Assembly (NCBI GenBank): GCA_904063045.1
Contig: CAJFCJ010000006.1
Location: 3,426,408 to 3,490,407 of the forward strand
Direction: 5' to 3'
Origin: Dimorphilus gyrociliatus
Taxonomy: Eukaryota > Animalia > Annelida
Length of the DNA stretch: 64,000 nt
Part shown: positions 23,301 to 35,265 of the stretch, in pieces
Position numbering within the stretch: the first letter of the stretch is position 1
Layout of the letters: every line of letters starts with the position of its first letter
The notes under the pieces: generated by a model
The model's input: only the letters and a program-made list of their open reading frames with translations
Told to the model about the DNA's origin: nothing
The model's database searches: none
Translations under genes and position numbers: made by a program

Positions 23301-23846
23301 CCAAATTTAATAAATTTTTCATTTGTCTCTCGAATATTCTACAAAACAAGTGGATTAATTATTTGAATAAGGTAGATTCACATTTCTTTCAGATGAGGAT
23401 AAGCTAATCACCCATTAATACAGGAGCACTTACAAGATCACAGAAGCAGCAAATAAAAATTGCATATGGTCTTGTCAAGAGAAAAGGTATAGCGGAATTA
23501 TAATAAAATACTAAGTAAAATTTTTCAAAATTCAAATTATCCGGAAAGAAAGGTTGATTAACGCTTGTATACATTATGTTCATACCTAATACAACTAATT
23601 AATTTTAGTTATATTAATCATTATCGTAATTAAATATATGATTGACTGAAAATCTCACTAGAAAGATGACGAAGGAAGGTTTTTTCTTTCGAACATTCTA
23701 AATAATCTTTTGATAGTTTAACAATGAAACAATAATTCCATAATCTGGGTTTAATAAAACTATATATATAAAATAATTTATACAGTATATATGCAAATAT
23801 ATATATATATATATTCTTATTTATTTATTATAGCGAGTATAAATTT

Positions 23847-24685
23847 TCACTGACACGAATTACCCCTTTTATGCTTCGTTAATAGAGACATTCTGGAAAA
23901 AGTCTTTAAGCATGAACAGGCATATTCTTTAGCAACTGAATGAGTTTTTACATGAGCTCTAAGATTTGACCGATCTGCAAAAGCCCTGCCACATTCATTA
24001 CAGCTAAACGGTTTTTCTCCAGTGTGTGTTCGAATATGACCTTGTAGAAGCCAGGGTCTCGAGAAAGCTTTTTCGCAAAATGGGCACTTACATGGAAGAG
24101 TGTGAGTCCTAATATGCATTTTCAAAGCTCCAGCCGAAGAATAAGTCTTTTTACACTGTTTGCATACAAATTCAGGTTTTCCAAAATAAGCATGACAATG
24201 AAATTGTTTATGTCTTGACAAGCCGTTGAAGGTAACGTAGAGCTTTCCGCAGCCATCGCATGGATACTTTGTGGAATTTTGCATTGTTGATGATTCTTTA
24301 ATGGTCTTTAATGCTGTTGGATACATGAGATTGGAAAAAAGTTTTGGATAAGAGAGCAATGACAGTCTTGAAACATTCCAACAAGCTGACCAAAATTCCT
24401 GACGAATTCCGGAATAATCTGGATTTTCTTTTCCCATGTTGAAATCTACAGAACATTAATATAGGTTGAGTTGACATGAAGGTTTAATGCTGGTTTAATT
24501 TTATTTTAGTCTTTTGGGACGCATTAGTAACTTTTTAAATCAGAAATAGTTTCACTCGATTTAATGGCCTTAAAATAAATCTTACCGTTAAGATTTTCCT
24601 CTGTGGATACGACATCAATAATTTCATCGTCTTGTTGTTTCCTCTCATCACTGAGAATTCTCTTAATTAGGAACCCTCCCGACAT
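23847..24685 (-). CDS. snail: Snail-family C2H2 zinc-finger repressor, 2 exons, divergent SNAG
   Basis: Exon 24685-24586 ([14 protein letters not shown]...) plus exon 24445-23847. Fingers [58 protein letters not shown] and KTFSRMSLL. Confidence 0.92.
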
Positions 24686-25862
24686 ATTATTGGGATTGTT
24701 GTGATAAATTCCCTAAAATGTATTCACTTAAGAGGTCCATATTCGGCCAATCAACTATCGCACTGGGGCAACAATTAACCAATCAGCAAAAGGTACGAAT
24801 TAAGTGACTGTTTAGTGAATTTCTGGTTTATAGTATCCAAATTGTAGCTACTACTATCTGATAATATGATTTGAATAAAATATTAAAGAGACAATAAGTT
24901 TTAAAGTCCTATACACATCTATAATATTTGAGAAAATCTTCTCAAAGACTTTTCTTTCATATATAGGGAAGTTAATAGAAAGTTAAAAGCCCTTGTATCC
25001 TTTTCACAAGAGGATAGAAGAAGTGACTAATTGTGACTTGTTCTTATATTTCGATCGTTACGACTATCTTCACCTATAAGTATCAGGTTATTGTGTAGAA
25101 AGTGGTATTTCAGCATTTTCAAGTATTACCTTCCTTTCGTAATTTTACAATTACACCTGCCAAATGTTACATTTTAAGATTTTTTATACGTTTATTTCAT
25201 CAAAGACTAAATAAATGAATAATTTCAATTTGTCTTGTTTACACTTTTAAAAAATAGATAGAAAGGAATCTCTTAGCTCTTTTGATCTTATCTTAATCTT
25301 ATCTGAGCCGTAAGTGTATCTGAATGTAATTAGATTAATTGACAAACCTTATTGTTAATTAGCCGTTTAATGCTTTAATCCTTAGAATGTTTATCGATTT
25401 TTTATTGGATTATCTATATTGAAAATGGCAAAGAATGTTAATTTTACAAATTGAATTAATTACAATCGTTCAAAGAGTGAATAATTACGTAATAGTATAA
25501 CTGTTTGAAAATAATCTAAAAGACCATTCCTAACAATTAATCCATCGATAAACTGACCTAAAGTTATAGGCTGACATTTAGCTAGCAGTATTTTTTATAA
25601 TTAAACTATTCTCTGTTTCCCCCTGGCTGATTAAGTACTCAGTTTCGCACTTAAAAAAAAATTTAACATTCACAACGCCACCTATAGACCTTGACCTTTT
25701 GCAATTTTTTTCCGGTAATTTCATACGTGGAGTAATTTGAGAAGCTTCGTTGACTTGTTAACTACTAGTTGCTGAAGTCTTTATGTGACAATAAATTGAC
25801 ATACCATTCATTTTTTGTGTTGTTGAGAGGTGTTGCCAACAATTTCGTTATAAATAAAAGAT

Positions 25863-27171
25863 ATGGGTAAAGAGAAGAAGAAAAGTCAATGGGGGAAGAA
25901 TGTAGTTTTATTGATGGTGGTGGCAGTATCAGCTGTAGCCGTCGGTGCTTTCTACAACCTAGGGTCGAGTAATACCTTTACAACAGAAACAAGGAAAATG
26001 AGAGAGGTTGTTGAATCATTTGAGCAAACTGTCAAAAAATCAAAACAACAAGCGACAAATGAGAAGAAAGTAGCAGATAGTAAGCTAAAATTCGAACCAG
26101 AGAAGGAGAAAATAGAACGAAGTGAAGATATTGGTGTTGATAAACAAAATACCATAAAAAAAGAGTCCGTATCAGTTCAAACTGAAAAAAAGACAGTAAA
26201 AGATTCAAAGCCAAATTCTAAAGAAGATCCAATGACAAAGCCAATAAATGTTATAATAACATTTACAAAAGCCGGTTATAATATAAGATTACAACAGAAA
26301 TTTAGGCTAACTGTCTCATCTCTATTGGAACATTCAAAAGCTTTTGTTAAATTACATATTCTAGGAGATCCTGAGAGTCAAGTTTTAGGTGCTGAAATAA
26401 TTGAACAGGAATCGAAAAAGACTAAAAACGATAAATTTGAGGTAAATTGGAACAAAGAATTGTAAAATTTAACTCTATTTTTTTTTCACTTGTTTTTAGC
26501 TAATCAAACTCGATATTGATGACGTCATAGCGAAATTAAATGAAATTGTTCTTCCAATGCAAGATCATTTTAGCTCAAAGTCTGGTTCATATTATAGCGA
26601 CGCTCTATTCTTCTTATCGATAGCTATTCATAGAATTCTACCACAAAGCTATGATAAAATCATAATGCTGGATTCAGATTTGAAATTCGTTTCAGATATT
26701 GGAGAATTGTACAAGTTATTTAATGAATTTAAGAAAGAAAATTTGATAGGGATCGGTTATGATTTACAGCCGGTCTATAGGCATACATTCTGGGAGTATA
26801 GAAATAAGAACCCCGGAACAAGAGTTGGTGAACCGAAACCTGAGGGATTACAAGGTTTTAATAGCGGTGTGCTACTGATGGACTTGAATAAATTACGTGC
26901 GTCAACTCTCTACAATTCTTTACTAAATAAGAAATCCATGACTGAATTGACAAAAGAGTTTCTCTTCCAAGGACATTTAGGGGACCAAGATTTCTTTACT
27001 CTGTTAAGCATGAAATATGAAAATTTGTTTTATGTTCTACCTTGCGGATGGAATAGGCAATTATGCGAATGGTGGAAAGATAAGGGATACGAAAGCGTTT
27101 GGGATAGTTATTTCTCCTGTGATACTCCTACTCATATTTATCATGGAAATTGCAATACACAAATTCCATAG
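25863..27171 (+). CDS. XXYLT1: Xyloside xylosyltransferase 1 (GT8, type II membrane)
   Basis: N-terminal TM, then YYSDALFFLSIAIH, IMLDSDLKF, QPVYRHTFWEYR, GFNSGVLL, GHLGDQDFFTL, LPCGWNRQLC and IYHGNCNTQIP. Two exons. Confidence 0.95.
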
Positions 27172-27296
27172 TTTTGCTGTTTCATATGTCTTTTTTTGTA
27201 CATGTCACGCCCTTTTTTCTAAATCTATTAGATAAAAAAAATACATATATTAAATCGGATTTTTTTTATTCATTTAATTTAAATCAATTACCGACA

Positions 27297-28652
27297 ATGG
27301 AGACTGTTGTTGAAAAGGTTCGATCACCCACAAAAGATGATATGCTAAACATGATTAGAGGAACATTAATTATTGATTTTATAACATTGATCTGCTTCAT
27401 CTTCAAATCCATTTGCTTGGGATTGTTCCGCTATTTCTTCCAACCTTTACCTTTGAAGAATGTAAGCGACGACATTGTATTGATTACCGGAGCTGGACAT
27501 GCTATATCGAGGGAAATTGCTGTGGAAATTGCGAAGCATAGACCTAAATTAGTTGAGGAAGAACAATTGAGATTGCTTTCGATAAGATTAACTAATAACC
27601 TTCCTTTTTTTCTTCCTTTTTTTAAAATAGATTATCTTATGGGGAAGGGGAAGAGAGGCTTTAGCATCAACCTGCTCAGCTATTGAGCTATACGGTAACC
27701 TAAATTTCATGCTTTTCCTATATAATTAAATAATTTTCTTTCATCTTCATTTCAAGGGGTGGACTGCATCTATCAAATTTGCGATATTACACATCAAGAA
27801 AGAGTGTTTTTAAAAGCCCAGGATATCCAAGATACGCATGGAAGTGTTACAATATTAGTATACAATTGCGGAGTAAACTGTTGTCAGAGTTATTTCAACA
27901 TTGATGAGTCAGAGACAGACAAGTCGTTAGAGTTTAATCTTATGGATCATTGTTGGGTAGGAGAGTGATTCTACTTTTAAGGTTTATTCCACTTAATTTA
28001 ATTATTTATTATCAACAGATTCTACAAGCCTTTCTACCAGCTATGGTAGAAGCTCAAAGAGGTCATTTGGTCAACATTAATTCAATGTTGGGTTTAATGA
28101 GTCTATCAGCGGCTTCTGAGTATTGTTCATCTCAATTATGCGGCCTAACTTTTAACGAAGCTTTAGCATATCAGTTAAAAAATAGTAATATATTTATTAC
28201 TTCTGTACACTCCTATGCAGTTGATGAATCCGTAGCAAGTGGTAAGCCCTCATATGGATTTTAAATTAGTAACTTATTTAAAGTAATCTAAAGGGATAAG
28301 GACGAAATTTCCTAAGCTCTTTCCTCGATTGAAACCCACCTATATAGCGAAGAGAGTGATTGATGCTTTGTTACACAATAAAAAAACAGTTCTTCTACCG
28401 AGAATAATGTATTGGATAGTATTTATCAACAGGTTTTGCTTCCTTAAATTATATATACGTTGTATTCGGTAATGGCTTTAGGAATAACCTTTAATGTTTC
28501 CCATCAGTCTTCTCCCTCAAGATTCGATGAGAGCACTAGAAAAATTTCTCGGAGTAGATGGAACGTTAAATCATATATCAAATAGGAGAAAATTGAAAAA
28601 GACAAGAACATCTTTGAGGAAGAGTACTTCGGTTGACTCACATAAATATTAA
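27297..28652 (+). CDS. SDR16C-like short-chain dehydrogenase (HSD17B11/RDH10 group) with degenerate catalytic motifs
   Basis: Six exons splice into an uninterrupted frame. The fold motifs are recognisable but altered: TGAGHAIS, LVYNCGV, YCSSQ. Confidence 0.85.
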
Positions 28653-29316
28653 AATTAAACATTTAAATAATACAATTTTTGGATAAATTATATTAGAATT
28701 ATGAACACTTTAAATGAATTCAAACTCTATTTAATTCTATCAGAGTTTATTTATGGGCGTGGTTATGACTGAAAAATGTTTAGGCAAGACTAATAGTTAG
28801 AATATACATATATATGTATTTCTAAAAATGGTAATGGGTGGAAATGTAGGGTAATAAGTTCAAGTTGGTAATTCAATTGTTGAGAATATGAAGGTTAAGG
28901 AAAATTTACCCTTTAATATATAAGGAATAAGTTTTAGAATTATATAATATATACAATATATATGGAATATATATTGTATATTTAGTCAGAATATAGAACA
29001 ACGAAATTGTAAAAATCAATAAATACATTGATTTCTGTCAAAAAAAATATTTTTCTGCCTCCAAAAACTTGTCTCAGTAGATATGTAAATTATTAACAGA
29101 ATAAATAAGACACAGTATTTACAATATTACTATTTTGTTCATTAAATTTTATTAATAATTTCATTTTCAAGTATCTTGAATTTTTCTGTAACTTATAATT
29201 GTTGAAATTGTTTATAGCATAAATGTATTCAACAGAATAGTTGATATTGCCATAGAAAATTTATGAAATATTAATATATTTCTTTCTTTTATGTAAAATT
29301 TTAAGCTATTTTCCCT

Positions 29317-30695
29317 TTAAAAAAACAATCCTCTTACACGTCTGCCCATACCCTGTTTCTCGTACAACGTGTTAAATTTCGTAACAAACTGTTCAAAGAA
29401 GAAATTTATGCATAAATAAATAAAACTATGAATTTATTAAATTGCGTACCTTATTGACATTATTACAGCTTTTTGTTATTGTTGCCAGATAAGCCATCAA
29501 GTGTACATCATTTGTTTGCTATAAAAATGATATAATTAAGAAATAATCTTGATAAGAAAATGTTAAAAATAACTACATTTAGAAATTCTTGATTGAATTC
29601 TTTCGTTTTAACAACTGGTAAACGATGGCAGAGACTGTGAACATCTCTAAGTATATCTGGGCGTTTCGGTAATTTTCCCTGTTCCATAGCTTTTAAATAT
29701 TCAAGGATTATTTTCACTCGAGAATGTAACATTCGGACGGCACTATGCTGAGCTTGCAGGTGATCGGCGGCCATGCTCGATCTAATTAAATTAGAAACTC
29801 TCAATAAAACGAAGTAATATTGATATTAATTTATTTGCGCACCCGATAGGGGATTGTGCTTCACTTAATGTTGAAGTTCGAGCAATGTGATCCACACCTA
29901 TTCTTTCGGCGTCTTCAGTGGCTAATATGTACTCTAGTTCGACAAATAGCATCTTTGTCTGAGGAATTTGAAAAAGCTTTAAAAACTTTAAGAGATAATT
30001 TTTTTTATATTTACCTCGCCTTTCTCTATATCTATGACAGATTCGTAGACAAAAACAGGGAGCTAAAAAGAGAAAAACTGCTTAATCATTTCTAAGAATC
30101 TATTGATCAGGAACTTACATCTGTGTGCTTAACTTGGGGATTGAGTTTCAAGAGTATAGGGCTAGCGTAAAGATCTCCCATCTAATAAAGATAAAAATTG
30201 TATAAGATAAATAATGAAAGTAAGGCTTATTCTTTTATAACCAACCTGTTTTTGGACTTGAATATCATTCTGTGTTGGAGATCCACCTGTTGTATACCAA
30301 CCAAGAACATCTAATTCACTAAATACTTGTTTGAACTGCGAATCTTTCTTTGTTAAATAATCCTTGTCAATGAAAATTTCACCATTATTTACTTGAAAGA
30401 CCAGTTCGAAAGAATTCATAACTTCCATATCTCTTCCGGAAAGTTTTCCGATTAAAGCGCCAATGACTATAAGAAAGTTGCAAAACTTTTTAGTTTATTT
30501 CTCTAAAAGATTTGGTAGTACTATAGAATCAAACCTTGCTGAGATTTCCCTTCGTTTTGTGCACGAATCCTAGTCCAGTGCTCAGATATATTCATTATAA
30601 CCAAAGGATGCAAGGCTATCGTTACACTACCAGGAGTACCGGATGGAGCCATCACATTTGTGCTATCAGCGTCCACTTCCATGCTTGTTGCCATA
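29317..30695 (-). CDS. COPS6: COP9 signalosome subunit 6
   Basis: [64 protein letters not shown], and C-terminal GRRVRGLFF. Confidence 0.96.
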
Positions 30696-31036
30696 TTTCT
30701 TGTTTGAAAGATTCCAATAAAAGACTTTTAAATCTATATAATATCGATATTAAAGCACAATCGGCGAAATCTTCTAATTTCCGGTTTCTAGCGCACGCGC
30801 TCTTCACATTTACTGTCAAGTCCGCGGTTAATTTTTATTCTCATAAGATATTCAAATTAAGATTAGAATTTAGTTACTATAAAGATTTAAGATTATACTA
30901 TTTTTTTGATATTTCAATTATTAATTTTAATAAGTATTATTATAAAACTATTGAATTTAAAAAATTTATGTCTTCAAAATCTTTTCTGCGTTCCGTCTGT
31001 TTGTAATTATCAGAGAGGAATCGGTATCCACACATC

Positions 31037-31890
31037 ATGTCTCAGGCAAATGTAAGATTAAATATGCAATTAGCAATGAAAAGTGAAAAGCAAAATTATA
31101 TTATCTTATTAATATAGTGTATAGTTTAGTTTCAATATGTTCTCTTTGCGCAAACAGCACATATTTTTTAAAGATTTTGATTTTTTTAAAAATTCAAGCA
31201 GATCATTATATCAGTTTCGTTTTTTTTTACAATTAGCCTGGAGATCATCGTCGAAAATGGGATTTATCCGAATATGAACAAATAGCACATGATAGATCTG
31301 AACTCGAGAGATCAAAATCAAATACAAATGATGAAGAAGTTAAAAGAGAAATGCTTAAACCTAGAGATTATAAAGTTTGCATTCTTTTTAATATATTAAT
31401 TTATTAAAATAACTACATATTGGCATTATTTAGCATTAATAAACTAATTTTCCATTAGGTGGATCTTGATTCCCATTTAGGAAAGTCTCAGGTTATTACA
31501 AAGACAACTCCGGCCTCACAAAGTGGAGGATATTATTGCAATGTTTGCGACTGTGTCGTTAAAGATTCTATAAATTTCCTTGATCATATAAATGGAAAAA
31601 AACATCAAAGAAACATGGGAATGTCAATGAAAGTTGAGCGTTCTACTTTAGATCAGGTGAAAAAGAGATTCGAAGTGAAAAAAAAACAAGCTGAAGAGAA
31701 AACAAAAGAAGTGGAGCTTAGCGAACGACTTAAAGCCATAAAAGAGGAACAAGACAAACACCAAGCTTATAAACGTGAAAAGAAAAGGAAACGAAAAGCG
31801 AATACCACAGAATTTGAAGTTGAAGAAGATCCAGAAATGGCAGCTTTAATGGGATTTTCAGGATTTTCAAAAGGAAATAAGAATAACTAA
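31037..31890 (+). CDS. ZMAT2: Zinc finger matrin-type 2 (Snu23)
   Basis: DHRRKWD, DLDSHLGKSQVITK, GGYYCNVCDCVVKDSINFLDHINGKKHQRNMGMSM, and MAALMGFSGF. Confidence 0.96.
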
Positions 31891-32521
31891 GTAATATTTT
31901 TTAAAAACCTAGTCCTCAAGAAACTAAACGACTCTATGAAATTCTATAAATAACACATAGTTCAAAAGTAAATTTGAAGTTTCTATTATAAAAAAGAAAC
32001 AATATTGTACATAAAGATTAGTAGTGTTTTTTGATTTATTTCATTCTTCAATGAAAGTATATTGATATTAAAGTTATAAAAATTCAAAACAATTACTGAT
32101 AAAGCATTTATTATTTTAGAACTCAATTTGAAACTTTTTTATACTATAAAAGGCTACTGTACAAATATTTAATTTACAGAATGACTAATTAATCCTTGTT
32201 CATTAATAAATAAACATACATAGGTTTGTGTTAATATGGTTTACAATGTAAGTTTTTACTTAAGGAAAAAAGAGACTCTTTGTACTTTAGAATCCAGGTT
32301 TGGAATAAAAAAGGCCTCAGAAAATGACTGCCTTACATAGGCAGTGTGCTGGATACGCTTATTAGTTAAATTTTTATGATAGCGGAAAGGGATAATTTTT
32401 AGGCCTGCTATAATTATCAACTATCTTTATCAGTAAAGCATATCGATTAAAAACTGCACTGTCTAGCTTCAATACTATTTAAATTTTGATAAAGTATATT
32501 TTTGGTGAAGACCCCATAAAC

Positions 32522-33604
32522 ATGAGGTGAGTGGATGAATAAACTAAGTCAATAACTGTAGTAGAGAGTATGTGATAATGATTAATGCAGTAATGAAGAT
32601 AAGACCGACAATGTGGCAGAAATGCAGGCGAGAGTAGTGGAAGCTCTTCCGAAAGAGTTACTCTTTAATACGAGTATAAAACGGACAAGATGGGTCTATA
32701 TTGCTGCTGGATTTCTTTTCGTGTCTAGTATCTTTTATATTACTGCGTTTACTACTCATGGCTGGGGATACGTAAAGTTAAAAGACGGAAGTTGGGTAGA
32801 GTTTGGCCTTTGGCAAATGTGCGATAATGAGGCACATTGCTACTCACCAGGATGGGCAAGTTTGTAGAATCTGTATTTTACTGTTTATAATGTCAAATAT
32901 GTAATTCTAAACTATCAATTACCATAAATTATACACAAACACTATTCTATTTCAGCTTTTTATAAAGGAACAAGAGCTTTGGCAGTAGTTTGTTTGATAT
33001 TTCAATTGCTCTCGTTTTTCTTAACAATAGGATATATAGCTGAACGTTTCCTTGAATATGATCCCTGTTCAATGATCTTTCTGGCTAGCTTGGACTTTAT
33101 TTCGAGTACAGTATTAATCATTCCTTTTTGTTGCATAGATATATCTATCTATATTTTGTTATTTTTATTATTATAGGTATATTTATCTTGGTACAAGTGA
33201 TTCTATACGGTATAAACTGGAAAAGAAGTGTTCTATCCTTCTTTCCAGATCCAGAGATAGTTAGATTAAATTTTGCTTTCGCATTTGCTGTCGTAAGTGG
33301 TGCTTTCACGTTAATTGCTGGAATATTTGGTATTATAGAATTAAAAGCATCTCAAAATCACTTTCGAAAAAAGCATGGAAAAGATGATAAAGAAGATTTT
33401 ACAAGAAATGTACAACTAGAAACAATAAGAGAGGAAGCCGAAATTGAAGAGAGCGATGTAATATCTGAATCATACTATTCAGCAACGAGAACTGAACCGC
33501 ACTGCGTTATTGATAATGAATACACTGAAGAACCTCATATGTTATTTGTACAGTCGAGAAGACATGCAGAGCAACCGTTTCAGGCACATAGTACAAGAGT
33601 GTAA
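32522..33604 (+). CDS. Claudin/PMP22-superfamily tetraspan protein 1
   Basis: Five-nt first exon ATGAG|gtgagt, acceptor at 32590. TM1 is followed by GWG...FGLWQMC-x6-C; four hydrophobic segments; long acidic C-terminal tail. Confidence 0.8.
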
Positions 33605-33967
33605 TTATCTGCTTCAGTCATTGTAATATCGGTGTCTTCTCTAAGTAAAAACTTTCACGACTGTGATATAGAAAAAAAGGAAATTATTGTTACTATGCAT
33701 CTTTTTACTTTGTATAAGATATGCTGTTCTCGTTGTTTGTATATTAACTCCGAAAGGTGATTACTTTAATTTGTAAACTAGAATACATCTTGAACATAAA
33801 CAAAACTATAAAATTTGTATTTGATATAACAATAAGCGCCATCTGTATTACTAAGATAAGGGCCTAACTTTGTATTAGGCTATCACAAAGAATATTGCTC
33901 TACTACAATGCTAATTCTTATCAGTTCTTACTTTTGAATACCTGTACAATTAGAGGTATATTGTAGA

Positions 33968-34880
33968 ATGGAAGAAAAATTACCTCTGCAGGATTTAAAT
34001 CCTGATTTTACGACAAAGACTGAACTGGAGCAGCATGATAATGTCTTTAAGGAGAATACAAATTACGAAGGACCCCCTAGAGTTTCTAAAAAACCGTATG
34101 AAATAAGAGATTGGGGCTTAATGGGAGAAGTAAAAATTCCAAAGTTTGGAAATTTATCAAAGAGAAGAAACGTATCGTTGTTAGGTTGGATAACATTGAT
34201 TTTCTTGTTATTAGCTTTTGCTCTTTCCGTAATCTCCTTTACGGTACCTGGATGGGGTGAAACAACTGAACAAGGGGTTAATGACGACCTCTTCAAAGGC
34301 AGATACGGAGTTTGGTATGTATGTTCAAGACCATTGGATGGAACCACTGGTAGAGAAGATTGTGAACCTTTGAATTTAGTTCAGAAAGTTCCAGGTAAAG
34401 CATAAATGCCAATTAAATTTCCAATTAGAAATTAACTAACAATAGAAACATTTCAGGTTGGTGGAAAGGATGTCAAGCTCTTCAAACAATTCAGTTATTT
34501 ATGGGGTTAGCAGGCTTAATAACAGTTATAGCTTATACATGTATGCCATCTTTCAACGAAAATGTATATGTTGCTCACGGATTGGTATTTTGTTGTGTAG
34601 TAGCAAGTTAGTTTCATCTTCCTGTTAATAATAGTTTTAATGTTGTTTTTTTATTATTAAAACAGCTATAGCTGGAATTATATCATGGATTGTTTTCTCC
34701 GTAATGTTTGTTAGATCAGCTTGGAAATGTTGCGAATATCCTATTCAACATCAGATATTTACTTATTGGCTCTCTTACGGATTTCATTGTGCAGTTGTTA
34801 CTAGTGGATTTTTTATACTTTCATCCATAACTGGAGCATACGAAACAATTAAAATCAGAAACGGTTCATATCATTGGTAG
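33968..34880 (+). CDS. Claudin/PMP22-superfamily tetraspan protein 2
   Basis: TM1-PGWG...YGVWYVC...C signature; three exons; TAG at 34878-34880. Confidence 0.8.
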
Positions 34881-35265
34881 AAAGATTATATTAACTATAT
34901 TTTATTATTATTCATTCAAACAGTTATAAATGATTGTTTTGTTTACTTCTTATATACTTATGTAAAATATTAATCTTATTTTTTAGACTAATTAACGTTA
35001 AATATTCTCTTTTTCAAATAAAAATATACAAAATTTACAACAAATGACTTAAATTGATGTTTTTAGCACATTGTTAATAATACTTATGCAATGATTTTCA
35101 CTTTGTTACTATAGTGTCTATATGTTTATTTTTACTTTAGATAATTTACAAAAAAATTTCATTCATAAATATTAAAAGTTTGAAAAGATTGCTATGGACA
35201 CCGTATTGTTATGTTTGGATAATGGAATTATTTCTTCGGTAGTGAGGTGAAGGTCACTATACAAG

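Noticed and set aside
15753-27171. Mastermind and XXYLT1 as a Notch-pathway cluster
   Set aside because: Two unrelated genes lie between them, and with 27 genes in the window two from one pathway is unsurprising.
30536-31006. 156-aa plus-strand ORF
   Set aside because: Antisense to COPS6 exon 1, then runs through the AT-rich shared promoter; the composition is intron-like.
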